Origin: Ministeria vibrans ATCC 50519
Lineage: Eukaryota > Protista > Filasterea
Reading direction: 5' to 3'
DNA length: 63,719 nucleotides
Assembly (NCBI GenBank): GCA_943704425.1
Contig: CALSCP010001613.1
Coordinates: 1-63,719, forward strand
The notes below the pieces were generated by a model. That model did no database searches and had not been told where the DNA came from. It was given only the letters and a program-made list of their open reading frames with translations. Every line of letters begins with the position of its first letter. The stretch's first letter is position 1. The translations under genes were made by a program, and so were the position numbers. Below are positions 23,896 through 36,101 of this stretch, piece after piece.

Positions 23896-24885
23896 TTATC
23901 CAAGCGACCCCAACTCGGTTTTGGCCGAAAGGAAATCCAAGAGACCTTCAGTGTCCTCGTCGAAAGTCTCGACAATACTGTCTGCGACAAGCGCCTTGGT
24001 GAAGTGGATGATGAGGTCGCGCTGTGACGTTTCGTTCGCATCGAGCACCGCCATTTTAATGGTGGAGAGTGCCATGGGGCGAGCGGTGGTCTTGACGTGG
24101 TCGGAGACGTCCACGGGCGTAAGGCTAGCCTGACGCAGCGTCTCAGTCGACACTGTACCGCGCACCTTGTCCAGCTTGTTCATGTAGCAGAAAAACATTC
24201 GCTCCTTGTTGGCCGGATCGTCCAGTAGTGCTTGCCAAGTCTCGAGACCTTCTTTGAGCGACTCGGGCCTTTCGTACATGTCGCCTACCGGCAGAATGTA
24301 GATAATGGCAGTTGCATGAACACTCATCCCCAGAGTCACCTCTGCTCGCTTCAGTTTCACCGTGCGCAGCCCCCGAGCGCCTCTGGCCTCAGCAGTATGC
24401 AGGACACGTGCCAGCGCGTAGCCCACAACTTCTTCGGGCACCACATACGACTCATCGGCGGCAACGAGCGCGCCGATGGTAAACAACAGAGGCGACGGAC
24501 GGACCATCGGGTCTTCAACCGCCCCGATCAGGCTCGCTACGTTTGTCGCACACGCCTGCAGTGCACTCCTGCATGCGTCCACACTGTCGGGCGCGACCCC
24601 CTCCAGTGCCGTCCTGATCTGTGCGGCGTCGTCGATCGCCGCAAGCGTTGGGTTCGATGCAAATGCCAAGGCAGCCTCGCGACACTCGAAATAGAGTGCA
24701 TCGCGGATCGCCGCCGCAGTGAACACCGCGTCATTGTCGACGCCCATGGCAAGCTGCGCGAAAATGGTTGTCGCGCCGCTGTTGTGTGCGCCGATGATCG
24801 AGAAATGCGGTCTCACTTCGATCGAGCCCTCGGCGGTTCTGCAATCGGCTGGTGTCTTTGGCGAGCCACGCATCATATTCCCCAT
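23896..24885 (-). CDS. Highly divergent heterotrimeric G-protein alpha-like protein (probable pseudo-GTPase)
   Basis: Single exon, 329 aa. MG N-terminus; IIGAHNSGATTIFAQL (G1), helical-domain-length spacer, LARVLHT (switch I), ATAIIYILPVGD, CYMNKLD (G4) and IIHFTKAL...IVETFD (G5). No DxxGQ. Confidence 0.75.
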   Translation of the reverse strand: MGNMMRGSPKTPADCRTAEGSIEVRPHFSIIGAHNSGATTIFAQLAMGVDNDAVFTAAAIRDALYFECREAALAFASNPTLAAIDDAAQIRTALEGVAPDSVDACRSALQACATNVASLIGAVEDPMVRPSPLLFTIGALVAADESYVVPEEVVGYALARVLHTAEARGARGLRTVKLKRAEVTLGMSVHATAIIYILPVGDMYERPESLKEGLETWQALLDDPANKERMFFCYMNKLDKVRGTVSTETLRQASLTPVDVSDHVKTTARPMALSTIKMAVLDANETSQRDLIIHFTKALVADSIVETFDEDTEGLLDFLSAKTELGSLG

Positions 24886-25672
24886 AGCAATGGTCTTGAC
24901 GAACGTATCAAAAGCGAAAAGGAATCGAAGAATAAGAGTGTGAATTGAGAAAGTTTTAAAAAGTTTAAAGTACTGAAGAATGCCAGTCGGTCACCTGAGA
25001 TCGGGATCGATCGAAAAAAACAAACAAACAATCCCTTGAGCAAAAGCATACCTGTCGACTGACGGGTACGACAAAGTCTTAAGTCACTAAGACTAAAGAC
25101 CTAAGGCAATAAAGGCATAAGGACGGAGTGCTGAAGGCTAACATGACACTTCATACTTTGAGAACGGAATGTGATGTGGGAATTTGGAGAGTTTCGTCAC
25201 TTTCGCTTATTTTTTCACACTTCTTTTGTCTTCCACGGTCGGCGGACGCCATTGCTCACGCAAGTGAGTGGCTGTTGACTACGGAGGTCTGATGTCGGAC
25301 TATTGGCTATTGACGTCCGGCTACTGCGGGCCGTGTGGAATGTCTCGGGACGTCTCGGAAAGGAAGGAAGGAAAGCCTCCAGTTTTCCCACCTTCAAAAC
25401 TTTCCTTCAAAAATTGTTGATCTTCTCGAAAAATACAAAAACACGACTGAAACACGAATGGTATATTTTAACTATTTATTAGTATAATTAGCATTCATAC
25501 AGTCGGAGTCGCCCAATCTCACGCACCGCCTCTTCGCACACGCCTTTCCTTTCTTTTGTGGGGTCTGGGCTTTGCAGACGCGTCGCCCCCTCTCCTCGCC
25601 TCTCAACGCGCCGTCACGCGTCACGCACTCTCGCCCGCACACAGCCCCCCACACGTCGTTGAGCGCGCCACC

Positions 25673-27629
25673 ATGAACAGCAACTGCGTCGACTGCGCCA
25701 ACCTGCAGGAGGCGCTGTTGGAAACACAGCAAAGGTTGTCGGCCGAACGAAATCTCACAATGCAACTGCAAGCGCGCCTCTCGCGCATGCTCGTCGCCTG
25801 TCACGCTCGTGGGCTCGACACATCCGACCTGCTCACCGACGAGCCCGTCTCCGCTGCGCTTGTCCCCGCCCCTCCACCCAAGACACAACTGTCCTTTCAC
25901 CCTTCTGGCCCTCCGCTCGACGCCAAACCCTCTCCGCTTGCCTCCACCATCTCAGCCTCGTCGATAGCCGCGCCTCCCTTGCCTCCCAAGAAGACCAAAC
26001 GCCCCTCCCTTGCCGATTCTCCTGTACAGTCACTTCACTCCGAACATTCAAGCTCGCTCAATCACCTCGGCTCCATTCCGGACACTGAAAACCGCCAGTC
26101 ACTGCTCACCGTCACCAGGTATGCCCTAGCGCGCTCCCTCCGCCCGCTCTTCCCTTCTCTTGTTTCTTCAGAATTGCCTTTTTTTTTTAACCTTGTTCGT
26201 TTCTCCTGCCGTTTTTTTGAAAAAAAAAAAAAAAAAAAAAAAAGCAACGACCGTTGTCGCTTGCTCGTCCACCGTTGTCTCACACACGCGCGCATGGCGT
26301 GTGTTAAACGACAGCCGGGGAAACGTGGCGGATCGGTAGAGCGCGTAACGGGCTGTGTGTTGTTCCATGGGCCCCATTGCGAACACAGTGCTGTCGTCAG
26401 AATTCGTTCTTGGCCACTCTCGCCCGCCGTCTTCCGCCTCCCCGCGCCGCTCTCCACGCTCCCTGATGTGCCTTTCGCCTCTTCCCACCCCTCCTGTCCC
26501 CCCTCCATTGTCTGCCCAGCCCCTCCCATGCTTTTTCCACTTTCCTTTTTTTTTCTTCTACTTTTGGGCTGTCTGGCACAGTCGACGTACTTACATTTTC
26601 TCCTCCGCGTCCTCTTTGTCTCCGCCTCCTTCTCCTGCCTCTCCCCTTTAGCAAATCCGATACACCCAACAGTGCACCTACCCTCCGAAAACGTCCTCCG
26701 CCTCCGCCCCCAGTCACCAACATCGAGTCGAACAGTTCGTCGCGTCGCACCAGCCTCACTGTCAGCTCGGCACTCGGCGGCGCCCATCTTGGTCCGCCTC
26801 CGCCCCTGCCGGCCAGACGACCGTCGTTTGTTGCATCTTCGACGACAAATGAGTCGACTGTCGGTGGCAGAAGAGCATCCGCAGCGGGTGTTATGTCGTC
26901 TCTGGCATCCCGCAAGTTGCCGCGTCGACCGGCCGGCGACGAGACTGACGACGCCAGCCATACAAATGGCGATTCGCACAGGGCGGCGCACGATCAACTG
27001 TCCAATATTTCGGCGGCTTCTGACTCGAGTGTCTGCAGCGAACTGGGCGGTCTGCCCCCCAGTCACATCAAGCCGTACGAGCGTCGCTCCTCTCTAGTGC
27101 AAACGTCAGGTGTCGCCAGCGCCGCTGCGGGACTGATACGACGACGCTCGAGTTCACTTGGACGCGGTGATGATCCTTTTGTGCACGCAACCACGAGCAG
27201 TGCCGACTACGAGGTGAGCTCCCAAATGGTAGACCTGTGTCGTCAGGCGCTTGAGCGCAAGTACGGCCCCAACCTCGACCAACCTGCGACGACTATTCAA
27301 AATTTTTACCGCCACTACAAGATGCGCACACGCTTTCGCGAGATTGTCGACGTGTCATCACATCTACGTGCGCGTGGCACCTCCATCATTCGTCGTGATC
27401 GCAACCGCGCACGCCTCTCCAGCAACTCACTCACCGCCGAGGCAATGCGCAACGCCACCACCTCCCGCCTCAGTACGGGTGCGACGCCCAGCAAGACTCC
27501 TCTGTCACGCCAGTCGGGCACCGGTGACAGTGCCCTGCGTGGACTCGAGCTGGAAAACATAAAGTCGCGAAAGCTCGATTTGTCAGCGACCCTTTCGCTA
27601 CACTCAATCTCGAGCGATCGCGAATCGGA

Positions 27630-27665
<36 letters not shown>

Positions 27666-30154
27666 ATTGCCCAGTGCGGAGGGTGTCGACGAAAATGAAA
27701 TTGACGCAGTCGTCGCCATGGCTGCGGCCGAGGCGGACGCTGCAGTGCACGGCCTCTCCAGCGGCACAAGCACCCCCACCACACCCAAGTCATCGAGGAC
27801 ATCGAGCAAGACTACTATCAAGTCGGCTGGCCCAGCAAGCCCGCGCGACACCTCGTCCTTGTCCTTGGGCTCGCCCACCTCGTCGGCCGCCAAGTTGGCT
27901 CAAAAAAAGGATGAGCGTCGTATGCGACTGGGATTGTGGCGTTTCAACCGCAACAGCAAGAAGGGCGTTGCGTACCTGATGCGCGAGGAGCTCCTGGGCA
28001 AGACACCTCTTGAAGTCGCGCAGTTCCTTCTGCACCAGCGCGGCCTCAGCAAGCGCATGATTGGCGACTACCTTGGCGAGTTTGACCCCTTCAACATGGA
28101 GGTGCTCGAGGAGTTTGTGCAGCTCATCGACTTTGACATGTCAACGGGCGGCATCGACACAGTCCTGCGCCAGTATCTCAGTCGTTTCCGCCTTCCCGGC
28201 GAGGCTCAAAAGATCGATCGTATGATGGAACAGTTTGCGCGTCGCTTTTGCGAACTGTCACCCAACATTTTCGAAAACGAAGACACAGCTTTCATCCTCG
28301 CCTTCTCCATCGTCATGCTCAACACCGATCTGCACAATCCTAGCGTCAAGAACCGCATGACCCCCGCCGACTTTATCCGCAACAACAGAGGTACTCTCTT
28401 GTCCATTGCTTTTTGCACGAATGATTCATCTGCTTCTTCTTTTTTTTTTTTTTTTTTTTACTTTTACATCCTTTCTAACTCATTTCGCCCAGGAATCAAC
28501 AACGGGAAAGATTTGCCGCCGGAGCTGCTGGAAGGAGTGTACGAGCGCATCAACAAGAACGAAATCCGGCCAGGCGAAGACCATACGCTCGAGGTGGAGC
28601 GCGTCACTGCCAACATTGTCGGCTCATACCCCGTACGCGCCCATTGGTTTCTTCTTGTTATTCGTCTCTTTTTGCGTTCTTTTTATTACTCATCTCAGCA
28701 GTCTCACAGACGCTCACACACATTCTATTGTATTCTTAGGATATGAATGTACCGCACCGCATGTTCATCCGAATGATCAATGCCGTTGAGATTGTGGACC
28801 TTGAGCAAAAGACACCCAAAGGAAAGCATCTGCGCACCTTGTACCTATTTAACGATGTCATCATGGTAAGACGATGAGTGTGAGATGGAGGCATATATCG
28901 TGTGTCTGTTTGGTGTGTTTGGGTGCGTGCCCGTGGTATTGGTGTGTGTGTGTCTGTTTTTTTTTTTCTTTTTCTTTTTTTGTGTGTGTGGTGTGTGGTG
29001 TGTTTTTGTGTGGTGTGTGTGTGTGTGTGTGGACGCTGATGGACTTCTGCGTACAGGTGACCAAACCGTCGCACCGGCGGGTGGAGGTCGCGCGCGACAG
29101 CCATGCGTCGTTCCGTGGCAGCAGCATGGGCGGCAGTCCCAACGTCATGATGCACGCCGCGCCTCAGTTCATCTTTAGGGCCATGATCCCCTTGCTCGGC
29201 ATGAAGATCCGCCACCACGGGCCCCTAAAGTGTAAGTACACGCTGCTCTGTACGGCATAAACTCTCCGCTGACATTCGTTTTGTGTAGGGCACGAACACT
29301 CGTTTGAGCTGCTGGATCTGCAAGGCAACACTGTGATTGCGCTCAAGACAAGCACTGCCTCCGAAAAGGAAGGACTACTCAACGATCTCCGTGAACAAAT
29401 TGCCGATGTGACCGAACTTGAGACGGAGCGACTTGGTAAGATAATAATAATTAGTATTACAATAATAGTAGGCGCAGGATTGTGGTATTCTGACTGTGAC
29501 TGTGATTGTGACTTGGTAGGTGACATGCGAAACCTGATCATTCGCATGGACCAGACGGGCCACCTGAACCCGGTGCGGGCGGACGACGACGACAGCAGCG
29601 GCCGTTTGCAGTCGGCAGGCTCGTCAACGTCGGCCAAATCGACGCGCAAGAAGAAGACACGCGTGCCCACTCTGCTGGGTGGGCGCTCTCCTCGCTCCGG
29701 CGCGCGTGCCACCAACGGCTCGCGAAGCACGGCCGCCTCCTCTGCTGCGTCCTCCGCCAACGTCCAGTCGGTGGTCATCACGGGGCTGTACAGCTCACCG
29801 ACGGTCGACTCGTCAGACTCCATGCGCTCTGGCACTGTCTCGTCGCCCCCCGAAAGCACTATTGCTATCTCCCGTACCCTCTCCGACACTACGCCGGGTC
29901 ACTTGCCATCTGTACGCTCGCCTTCCAGTCTTGACGAGTCCTCCACCTCTGCGAACATGCCGCCTGTCTCCTCCTACGAGAACAGCGTTGGCTCTCCTCC
30001 CCGCCTGCGCTCCTCCAATACTTCTCGCCGCGGTGGAATGGTCAGCGATCTCCACTCGTCCAAGGCTTCTCTGCGTGAAACCAGCAGCGGCCAGTCCGAA
30101 GCCAGCAGCGGCGACCGCGGTCCCGCAGAAGCCGAAGACTCTTCAGACATCTGA
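25673..30154 (+). CDS. IQSEC: IQSEC/BRAG-family Arf GEF (coiled coil + IQ + Sec7 + PH)
   Basis: Strong Kozak gccaccATG; ALERKYG...ATTIQNFYRHY (IQ); GLSKRMIGDYLG, FRLPGEAQKIDRMMEQF and MLNTDLHN (Sec7); RTLYLFNDV (PH). Confidence 0.9.
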
Positions 30155-30293
30155 TGATCATCCTCTCTGTCTCTCCTCTCTTTCATAAGTATACAAAAAT
30201 TTCCTATTTAAGCAACAAACAGACAGAAGGCGAAATACATTCACAAGACGCGCGATGTGATCCTTTTACTTGTACAGGTGGGTCTCTCTTTCG

Positions 30294-30896
30294 TTAAAAC
30301 TCCTTTGGTGTCGACACCAAATCTGTGTCGAAAAACTCGATAAACTGTTCGTTGAGCAGGTGCACTTTGGTGCCGGCAAAGCGCCGGTACTCTTCGAAGA
30401 TCGACGTGAGGTTCCAGCGCTGGAGTTTACGCAAACAGCCAATGAGAGTGCCCGTCAGATTGCGCCCGCTGTGGCACATCACAAGGAGCGGGTAGTTTTC
30501 CTTGTCCAGGATGAGCTTGAGAGCAGCCAGCACGGTCTCTTCGGCGATGGGTGTCCACGTGTTGCTGTGCGCCACAGAGTGACCCAGAACCTTCAGCGTA
30601 ATGTCGTGTTCTTCGGTGAATGTAACGCTAAAACGGCGAGAGGTGTTGAGCAGCGACAAGTGTTTCTCTCACGGCGCCCTACAGTGTTCTTGAGGGACCA
30701 CCCGTGTCCGTGGCCAGGTACACCACGGTGCGCAGCCCGAGCTGTTCCAGAAAGGCAAAATTCAGCTCGACAGGCTGACCACTGCGAAAGAGATCCTCTT
30801 CGACGAGACCGAAGTTCTGAAGGAAGAGACACAACGTGAGCAGCAATCAAAAGGCTATACATGGTCTCGTACAACGGGTGGTACAAGGGGTTGCAT
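30294..30896 (-). CDS. Oca1/Siw14-family (Y_phosphatase2) protein lacking the catalytic Arg
   Basis: PPVNFGLVEEDLFRSGQP...YPLLVMCHSGRNLTGTLIGCLRKLQRWNLTSIFEEYRRFAG; two introns. Confidence 0.88.
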
Positions 30897-31028
30897 CTGA
30901 AAACGCAGTAAATATGAGTCTTGAAATCTCGTCTTCAATCTTCAATCTTCAATCTTCATAATCATTCATCATTAATCATTTCTTTCCTCCACCCTGTGCA
31001 ATACGCGGGCGCGTCTCTTTCAAAGGCA

Positions 31029-32116
31029 ATGACAGACGCGACCGCGGCGGACGACACGCCAACTGATGTGGGGAAAGTCGATTCGCTCGTTCCGATTCGC
31101 CTCGACATTGAAGCCGATGGCGTCCACTTGAAGGACTCCTTTCTTTGGAATCTAGCAGGTCTGCCACACGACGCTCTTCCAACGCGCACGGGCGCTCTCT
31201 CCCTCTCTCCCTCTCTCTCTCCCTCTCTCGTCGTTGCCTTTTCCGACTTTGTTTCACTGATTTGCTCGACGTCTTCGTTTTTCTCTTCGGTGCAGAACCC
31301 GACAGTGCCATCGACACGTTTGCCCAGCAGCTGTGTGCAGACCTGGAGCTGCCACTGAAGCCCTTCCATGCGGAGATCACGACAGGCATCCGGTCGCAGG
31401 TGCACGTCTTTGAGCAGTGCGACTCGCGCGGCGTCGGCGAGAATCGGGTGGGCCTCAACCTGTTGGTGTGTGTGGGCAACACGCAGATGACGGACAAGGT
31501 CGAGTGGGACCTCTTCTCGCCCGAGAGCGATCCCGAGCATTTTGCGCGCTCGCTGTGTGCCGACATTGGCGTGGGCGGCAGTTACCCGGCGGCCGTTGCC
31601 CACTGTCTGCGAGAGCGCCTCGCCTGGCAGTGTCGAGCAGTGGCACTTGGCGACATCGTGTCGCACGAGGCCATCGATGTCACGGTGGTGCTGCGAGACT
31701 TTCTTGTGGCAGACGCATGGTCGCCCATGCTTCGCGATGTCGACGAGCAAGAGCTGTCCCTGATGATCCAGACAGAGGAGCGTACGTCACGTCGCACGCG
31801 TAGGCTCACCAAGAAGGCAGGGCCCTTTGAGATGGGTGCGCCCGACACTGTCGCAGTGTACCACCACACGCCATGGCGCACGTCACATCCGCTTTTGCAG
31901 CAGACAGCAGCTGCCCTGGCAGCGGCCGAGGGCCAGCTGCAACAGCAGCTCGCGTCGGGCGCCTCCTTTCGAACCGATGACCCTGTCTATGCCGACGAGG
32001 ACGACGACGACGACGACTACCGCGCCACATCCTCCTCCTTATCGTCCGCCTCCGCGTCTTTGTCATCGTCGAGCAGGGGCAGGAGGCGTCGTCGTCGTGC
32101 CACCGGGCACTACTGA
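31029..32116 (+). CDS. SNF5/SMARCB1/Sfh1-family chromatin-remodelling subunit (repeat core only)
   Basis: LVPIRLDIE...LKDSFLWNL|EP...FAQQLCADL (Rpt1); DKVEWDL...PEHFARSLCADIG...AVAHCLRERL (Rpt2); ERTSRRTRR. Intron at 31159-31295. Confidence 0.9.
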
Positions 32117-32532
32117 GTCTGCCCTTTGAGCTGTATGTACACTTGTGTAAATTGTAACAGTGGTTTTTTCAACCGTGTCGGCGGAAGGGGAGACCGGCGC
32201 TGCCTGTCGCGTTATCGACTGGTTTCATGTAACGTATGATACCCTTTTGACAAGTTACCGTCTATGGCAGTATGCCACTCCTCACTCAGTCAGTCAATCA
32301 GTGAGTGAGTCACATAGTTGAAACGTTTATTCGCCCAAAATTCCCGCAAGATTTTTGCTAATGAGGTCATCTCACATCTGAGATCCTTTGGAATATTCAA
32401 CACGTTACAAGTGAGGAAAGTCAATACTGAGTTAGTGGCAGTCAGGTGTATAGAGAGACTGTTCCTCTCTCTCCGATCAGTATTATCAAACAATTTACTC
32501 ATTTTAGGGGCACTTTTTTTCTTTTATTGTTC

Positions 32533-34275
32533 ATGTTTCGAATTCCACCTGCCGCGGCATCCGCTGCCCGTGCCACCCAACGCCGATCACTGCACGCCAC
32601 TGCTGGCGCACTTGAGCTGCACTCAAGCATCCTCAAGACGATTGGGCGGACTCCCGTACGAAATGCAAATCAACGCGCCGCCTCATTCGTCGCTGCGTCT
32701 GCGGCCATCCGCCCGCGCTTGGCTCCCGCCCGTTGCTGCATTGCTCTGCACTACCCATCTTTAGCCTTATCCCGCGCAGGAGTTTGAGTTGCGATGGCTC
32801 CTTCGTTGTGATTTGCGCGTTCCTCATAGATGTGTCGTCATCATACTTTTGTGTGGCCATTGCACCTTTTTTCATCACTCACCCATTCTCTGCGTCTGCC
32901 GCTCTGTTGCCTTCTCTCTTCCCACCTCTGTGTCTTTCTTGCCTTCCTCCAGGTGGTGCGCATCAACAATGTGGCGCCTGCGCACGTTACGATGTATGTC
33001 AAGTGCGAATTTTTCAACCCACTCTCGTCTGTCAAAGACCGCCTCGCCATTGGCATCATCGAAGATGCCGAACGGTCGGGTGCCCTCAAGCCTGGAATGT
33101 AAGTGTGATCCCACAAAACCCAACGAAAAAGAACCCCCTCCAAAAGGGAAACGGGACTGGACGCTTGTGTGTGTGTGTGTGTGTGTAGGACGGTGGTGGA
33201 GGCGACGTCAGGCAACACGGGCATCTCCCTTGCCATGGTGTGCGCGCAAAAGGGCTACAAGTGTGTCATCACCATGGCCGAGCCGTTCTCCGTTGAACGC
33301 CGCAAGCTGATGCGTGCACTGGGCGCTAAAGTGATTGTGACGCCGGCGGCGGATCGGGGCACGGGAATGCTCAAGAAGGCGGAAGAACTGGCGGAGAAAC
33401 ACGGTTGGTTCAACCCACGACAGTTCGACAACACCGCCAATGCGGCGTACCACTCGCAGACAACTGCGTCGGAGATCCTGCGAGATTTTGCCGGAGAATC
33501 GCTTGACTATTGGGTGACGGGCTATGGAACAGCCGGAACGTTTCTTGGTAGGCCGTGAGAAATATTTTTCAATTCATTAAATGTACTGAAAACAAATATA
33601 TGGACTAGGCGTGGCGCGTATGCTGAAGGTGGCGCGTCCCGACGTGAAGGTGGTTGTAGCTGAGCCTGACGTGGCATCGATGATCCAGAGCGGAAGTGCA
33701 CAGCCGCGCAAGGGCGATGGGTCCCTGGACGGCTCACACAGCGCATGGACACCCCACCCTATCCAAGGGTACCCACTCCTCCCCTTTTTTTTCCGTGCAC
33801 TCAACGCCTCGCTCATGTCTTGTTTCTCTCCTTTTCTCGGTGTTGTGTAGGTGGGCTCCTGACTTCCTGCCAAGTCTGTGCGAGAGTGCACTGAGTGAGA
33901 AACTTCACTCGCAGGCACTCAGTGTCAGTGGCCCCGAAGCCATTGCCGCCGCTAAGCTCCTCTCCTCCAAAGAAGGTATCTTCACTGGTATCTCTGGTGG
34001 CGCTACTTTCCATGCGTAAGTTATTTACGTGTCCAAAGCACTTTGACATTTTTTGTTTTGTGTTGACATTCTCTCTCTATCACTTTGTTTCTTTCTCCCT
34101 CCTTTCTCTCTCTCTCTCTCTCACACACTCTCTCTATCACTTTGTTTCTTTCTCCCTCCTTTCTCTCTCTCTCTATCACTTTGTTTCTTTCTCCCTCCTT
34201 TCTCTCTCTCTCTCTCTCTATCACTTTGTTTCTTTCTCCCTCCTCTCTCTCTCTCTCTCTGTGCGCATGTGCAGT
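32533..34275 (+). CDS. cysK: Cysteine synthase (O-acetylserine thiol-lyase, CysK-like) with presequence; 3' end lost in gap
   Basis: IGRTPVVRIN, KCEFFNPLSSVKDRLA (PLP Lys), VEATSGNTG, QFDNTAN, GYGTAGT, HPIQGWAPDF and EGIFTGISGGA. Confidence 0.93.
34073..34260. repeat. Intronic array of the ctctatcactttgtttctttctccctcct motif
   Basis: Four copies interleaved with (CT)n. Confidence 0.9.
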
Positions 34276-34678
34276 NNNNNNNNNNNNNNNNNNNNNNNNN
34301 NNNNNNNNNNNNNNNNNNNNNNNNNNNNNNNNNNNNNNNNNNNNNNNNNNNNNNNNNNNNNNNNNNNNNNNNNNNNNNNNNNNNNNNNNNNNNNNNNNNN
34401 NNNNNNNNNNNNNNNNNNNNNNNNNNNNNNNNNNNNNNNNNNNNNNNNNNNNNNNNNNNNNNNNNNNNNNNNNNNNNNNNNNNNNNNNNNNNNNNNNNNN
34501 NNNNNNNNNNNNNNNNNNNNNNNNNNNNNNNNNNNNNNNNNNNNNNNNNNNNNNNNNNNNNNNNNNNNNNNNNNNNNNNNNNNNNNNNNNNNNNNNNNNN
34601 NNNNNNNNNNNNNNNNNNNNNNNNNNNNNNNNNNNNNNNNNNNNNNNNNNNNNNNNNNNNNNNNNNNNNNNNNNNNNN
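34276..34678. other. Assembly gap (403 N)
   Basis: N run hiding the end of cysK and the start of the JmjC gene. Confidence 1.
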
Positions 34679-34682
34679 CCCC

Positions 34683-34721
<39 letters not shown>

Positions 34722-34741
34722 CCTCACCACCCCACCCGCAG

Positions 34742-36049
34742 AACATCAAGAACACATTTCCCCAACTGATCGACGAGTGCCCGCTGCCACCGCTGATCCG
34801 CGCACACAAGCTGCACCATGGGCCGTATCTGTGGGTTGCGCCGGCGGGCCACTTTGAGTATGCGCACATCGACGCAGACGAAGGCTTCCTCATCCTCCTC
34901 AAAGGTACACACTCAAGCGCAGTGGACGAGTGAGTGCATTGACACGCGGCATTGTCTTGTGAAGGGCACAAGCAAGTGCGCATCTGGGCGCCCAGTGACT
35001 TTGAGAAGATGTACCCGCGCGCACTGGGCGCACAAGGGCGCACGGTGCAGTGCGACGTTGCAACCGCAGACCCGCACGACGACATTCTCGCGCGGTTTCC
35101 GCTCTTTGCCGATGCACAGGCTTATGTTTGCGACCTCACACCGGTAGGCACCTCCCGTCACAAACTCGACATTGTGGGCTAACGGTGCGATCTGTTTCAC
35201 GTACTCGTATCATTCAATGTAGGGCGATGCGCTGTACATTCCGACCTTTTGGTGGCATCAAGTACATAATAACATTGATAATTATAATTGTTGCGTCTGT
35301 ATCTCTTTGTTTCTCTTTCTTTATCACTTTCTCTCTCTATCTCTATCTCTCTCTTGTATTATATATAAGCTTTGTTTTTTCTCTCTCTTTGTCACTTTGT
35401 TCTCTCTCGCTTTCTACTTTCGTGTTGATTATGTGGTTTTGCTTTATTAGGTAACATCAACTGAGGTGTCCGTGTCTGTCAATGTCTTTTGGGGCGAACG
35501 AGGCGAAACTGCGTTTCTTGAAAAGGTCGACACACGAAAGTCAAACTCTATACGATTGTGCAATGATAAAAATAACTAAAATAATATTAATTTAATAATA
35601 ATTGTTTTGTAGGTTCTCCCAAACGACACAAATCCGACTCTTTGGACTGTTTTCCGTCACTTTCTTCTCAATGTGATCGAACAAAATCGCTCATTTCCCA
35701 ATTTCCCTCGAGTCCTACTGCATCTCAAACAAAGGTCCGTTACCAACAAAAACAAAGCTAAAGACGCATCAGTCAAAATAATTATATTATTTCTGTTTTT
35801 AGTTTGAAACAGTTTGTTCAGTCGCAAACACGAGAAATTGCGAGTGAGGAGCAATTGCATCTGATTCTGACGACTGTTGTTGAGTATCTGCGAGCCACCT
35901 ACAATCCCCAATCCGATTCGTTTTCGCGCGAGTCTATTTCCTACGAGACTCACACGAGCAAAAATGCTCCAAACCTCAAAATTCGCGGGCTTTTGCAGAG
36001 AAACGACAAAAAGGAGAGTCGACGGACGGGCCAAAGACAACCCGAATAA
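34742..36049 (+). CDS. JmjC/cupin-8 2-oxoglutarate oxygenase (JMJD5/FIH-like group); 5' part in gap
   Basis: LWVAPAG...AHIDADEGFLILLKGHKQVRIW...LTPGDALYIPTFWWHQVTS...SVSVNVFW, with the HxD...H triad intact. Confidence 0.85.
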
Positions 36050-36101
36050 CTCAATGTGTACAGCACAAAAAAAAACAATAAAGTGGTCTTTGTAACAAAA
36101 G

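Noticed and set aside
25556-27097. 513-aa ORF and 334-aa antisense ORF
   Set aside because: Read-through of IQSEC exon 1 into the intron and an off-frame exon 2; GC-rich shadow ORFs.
33895-35085. Long ORFs spanning X runs
   Set aside because: Artefacts of the 403-N gap.
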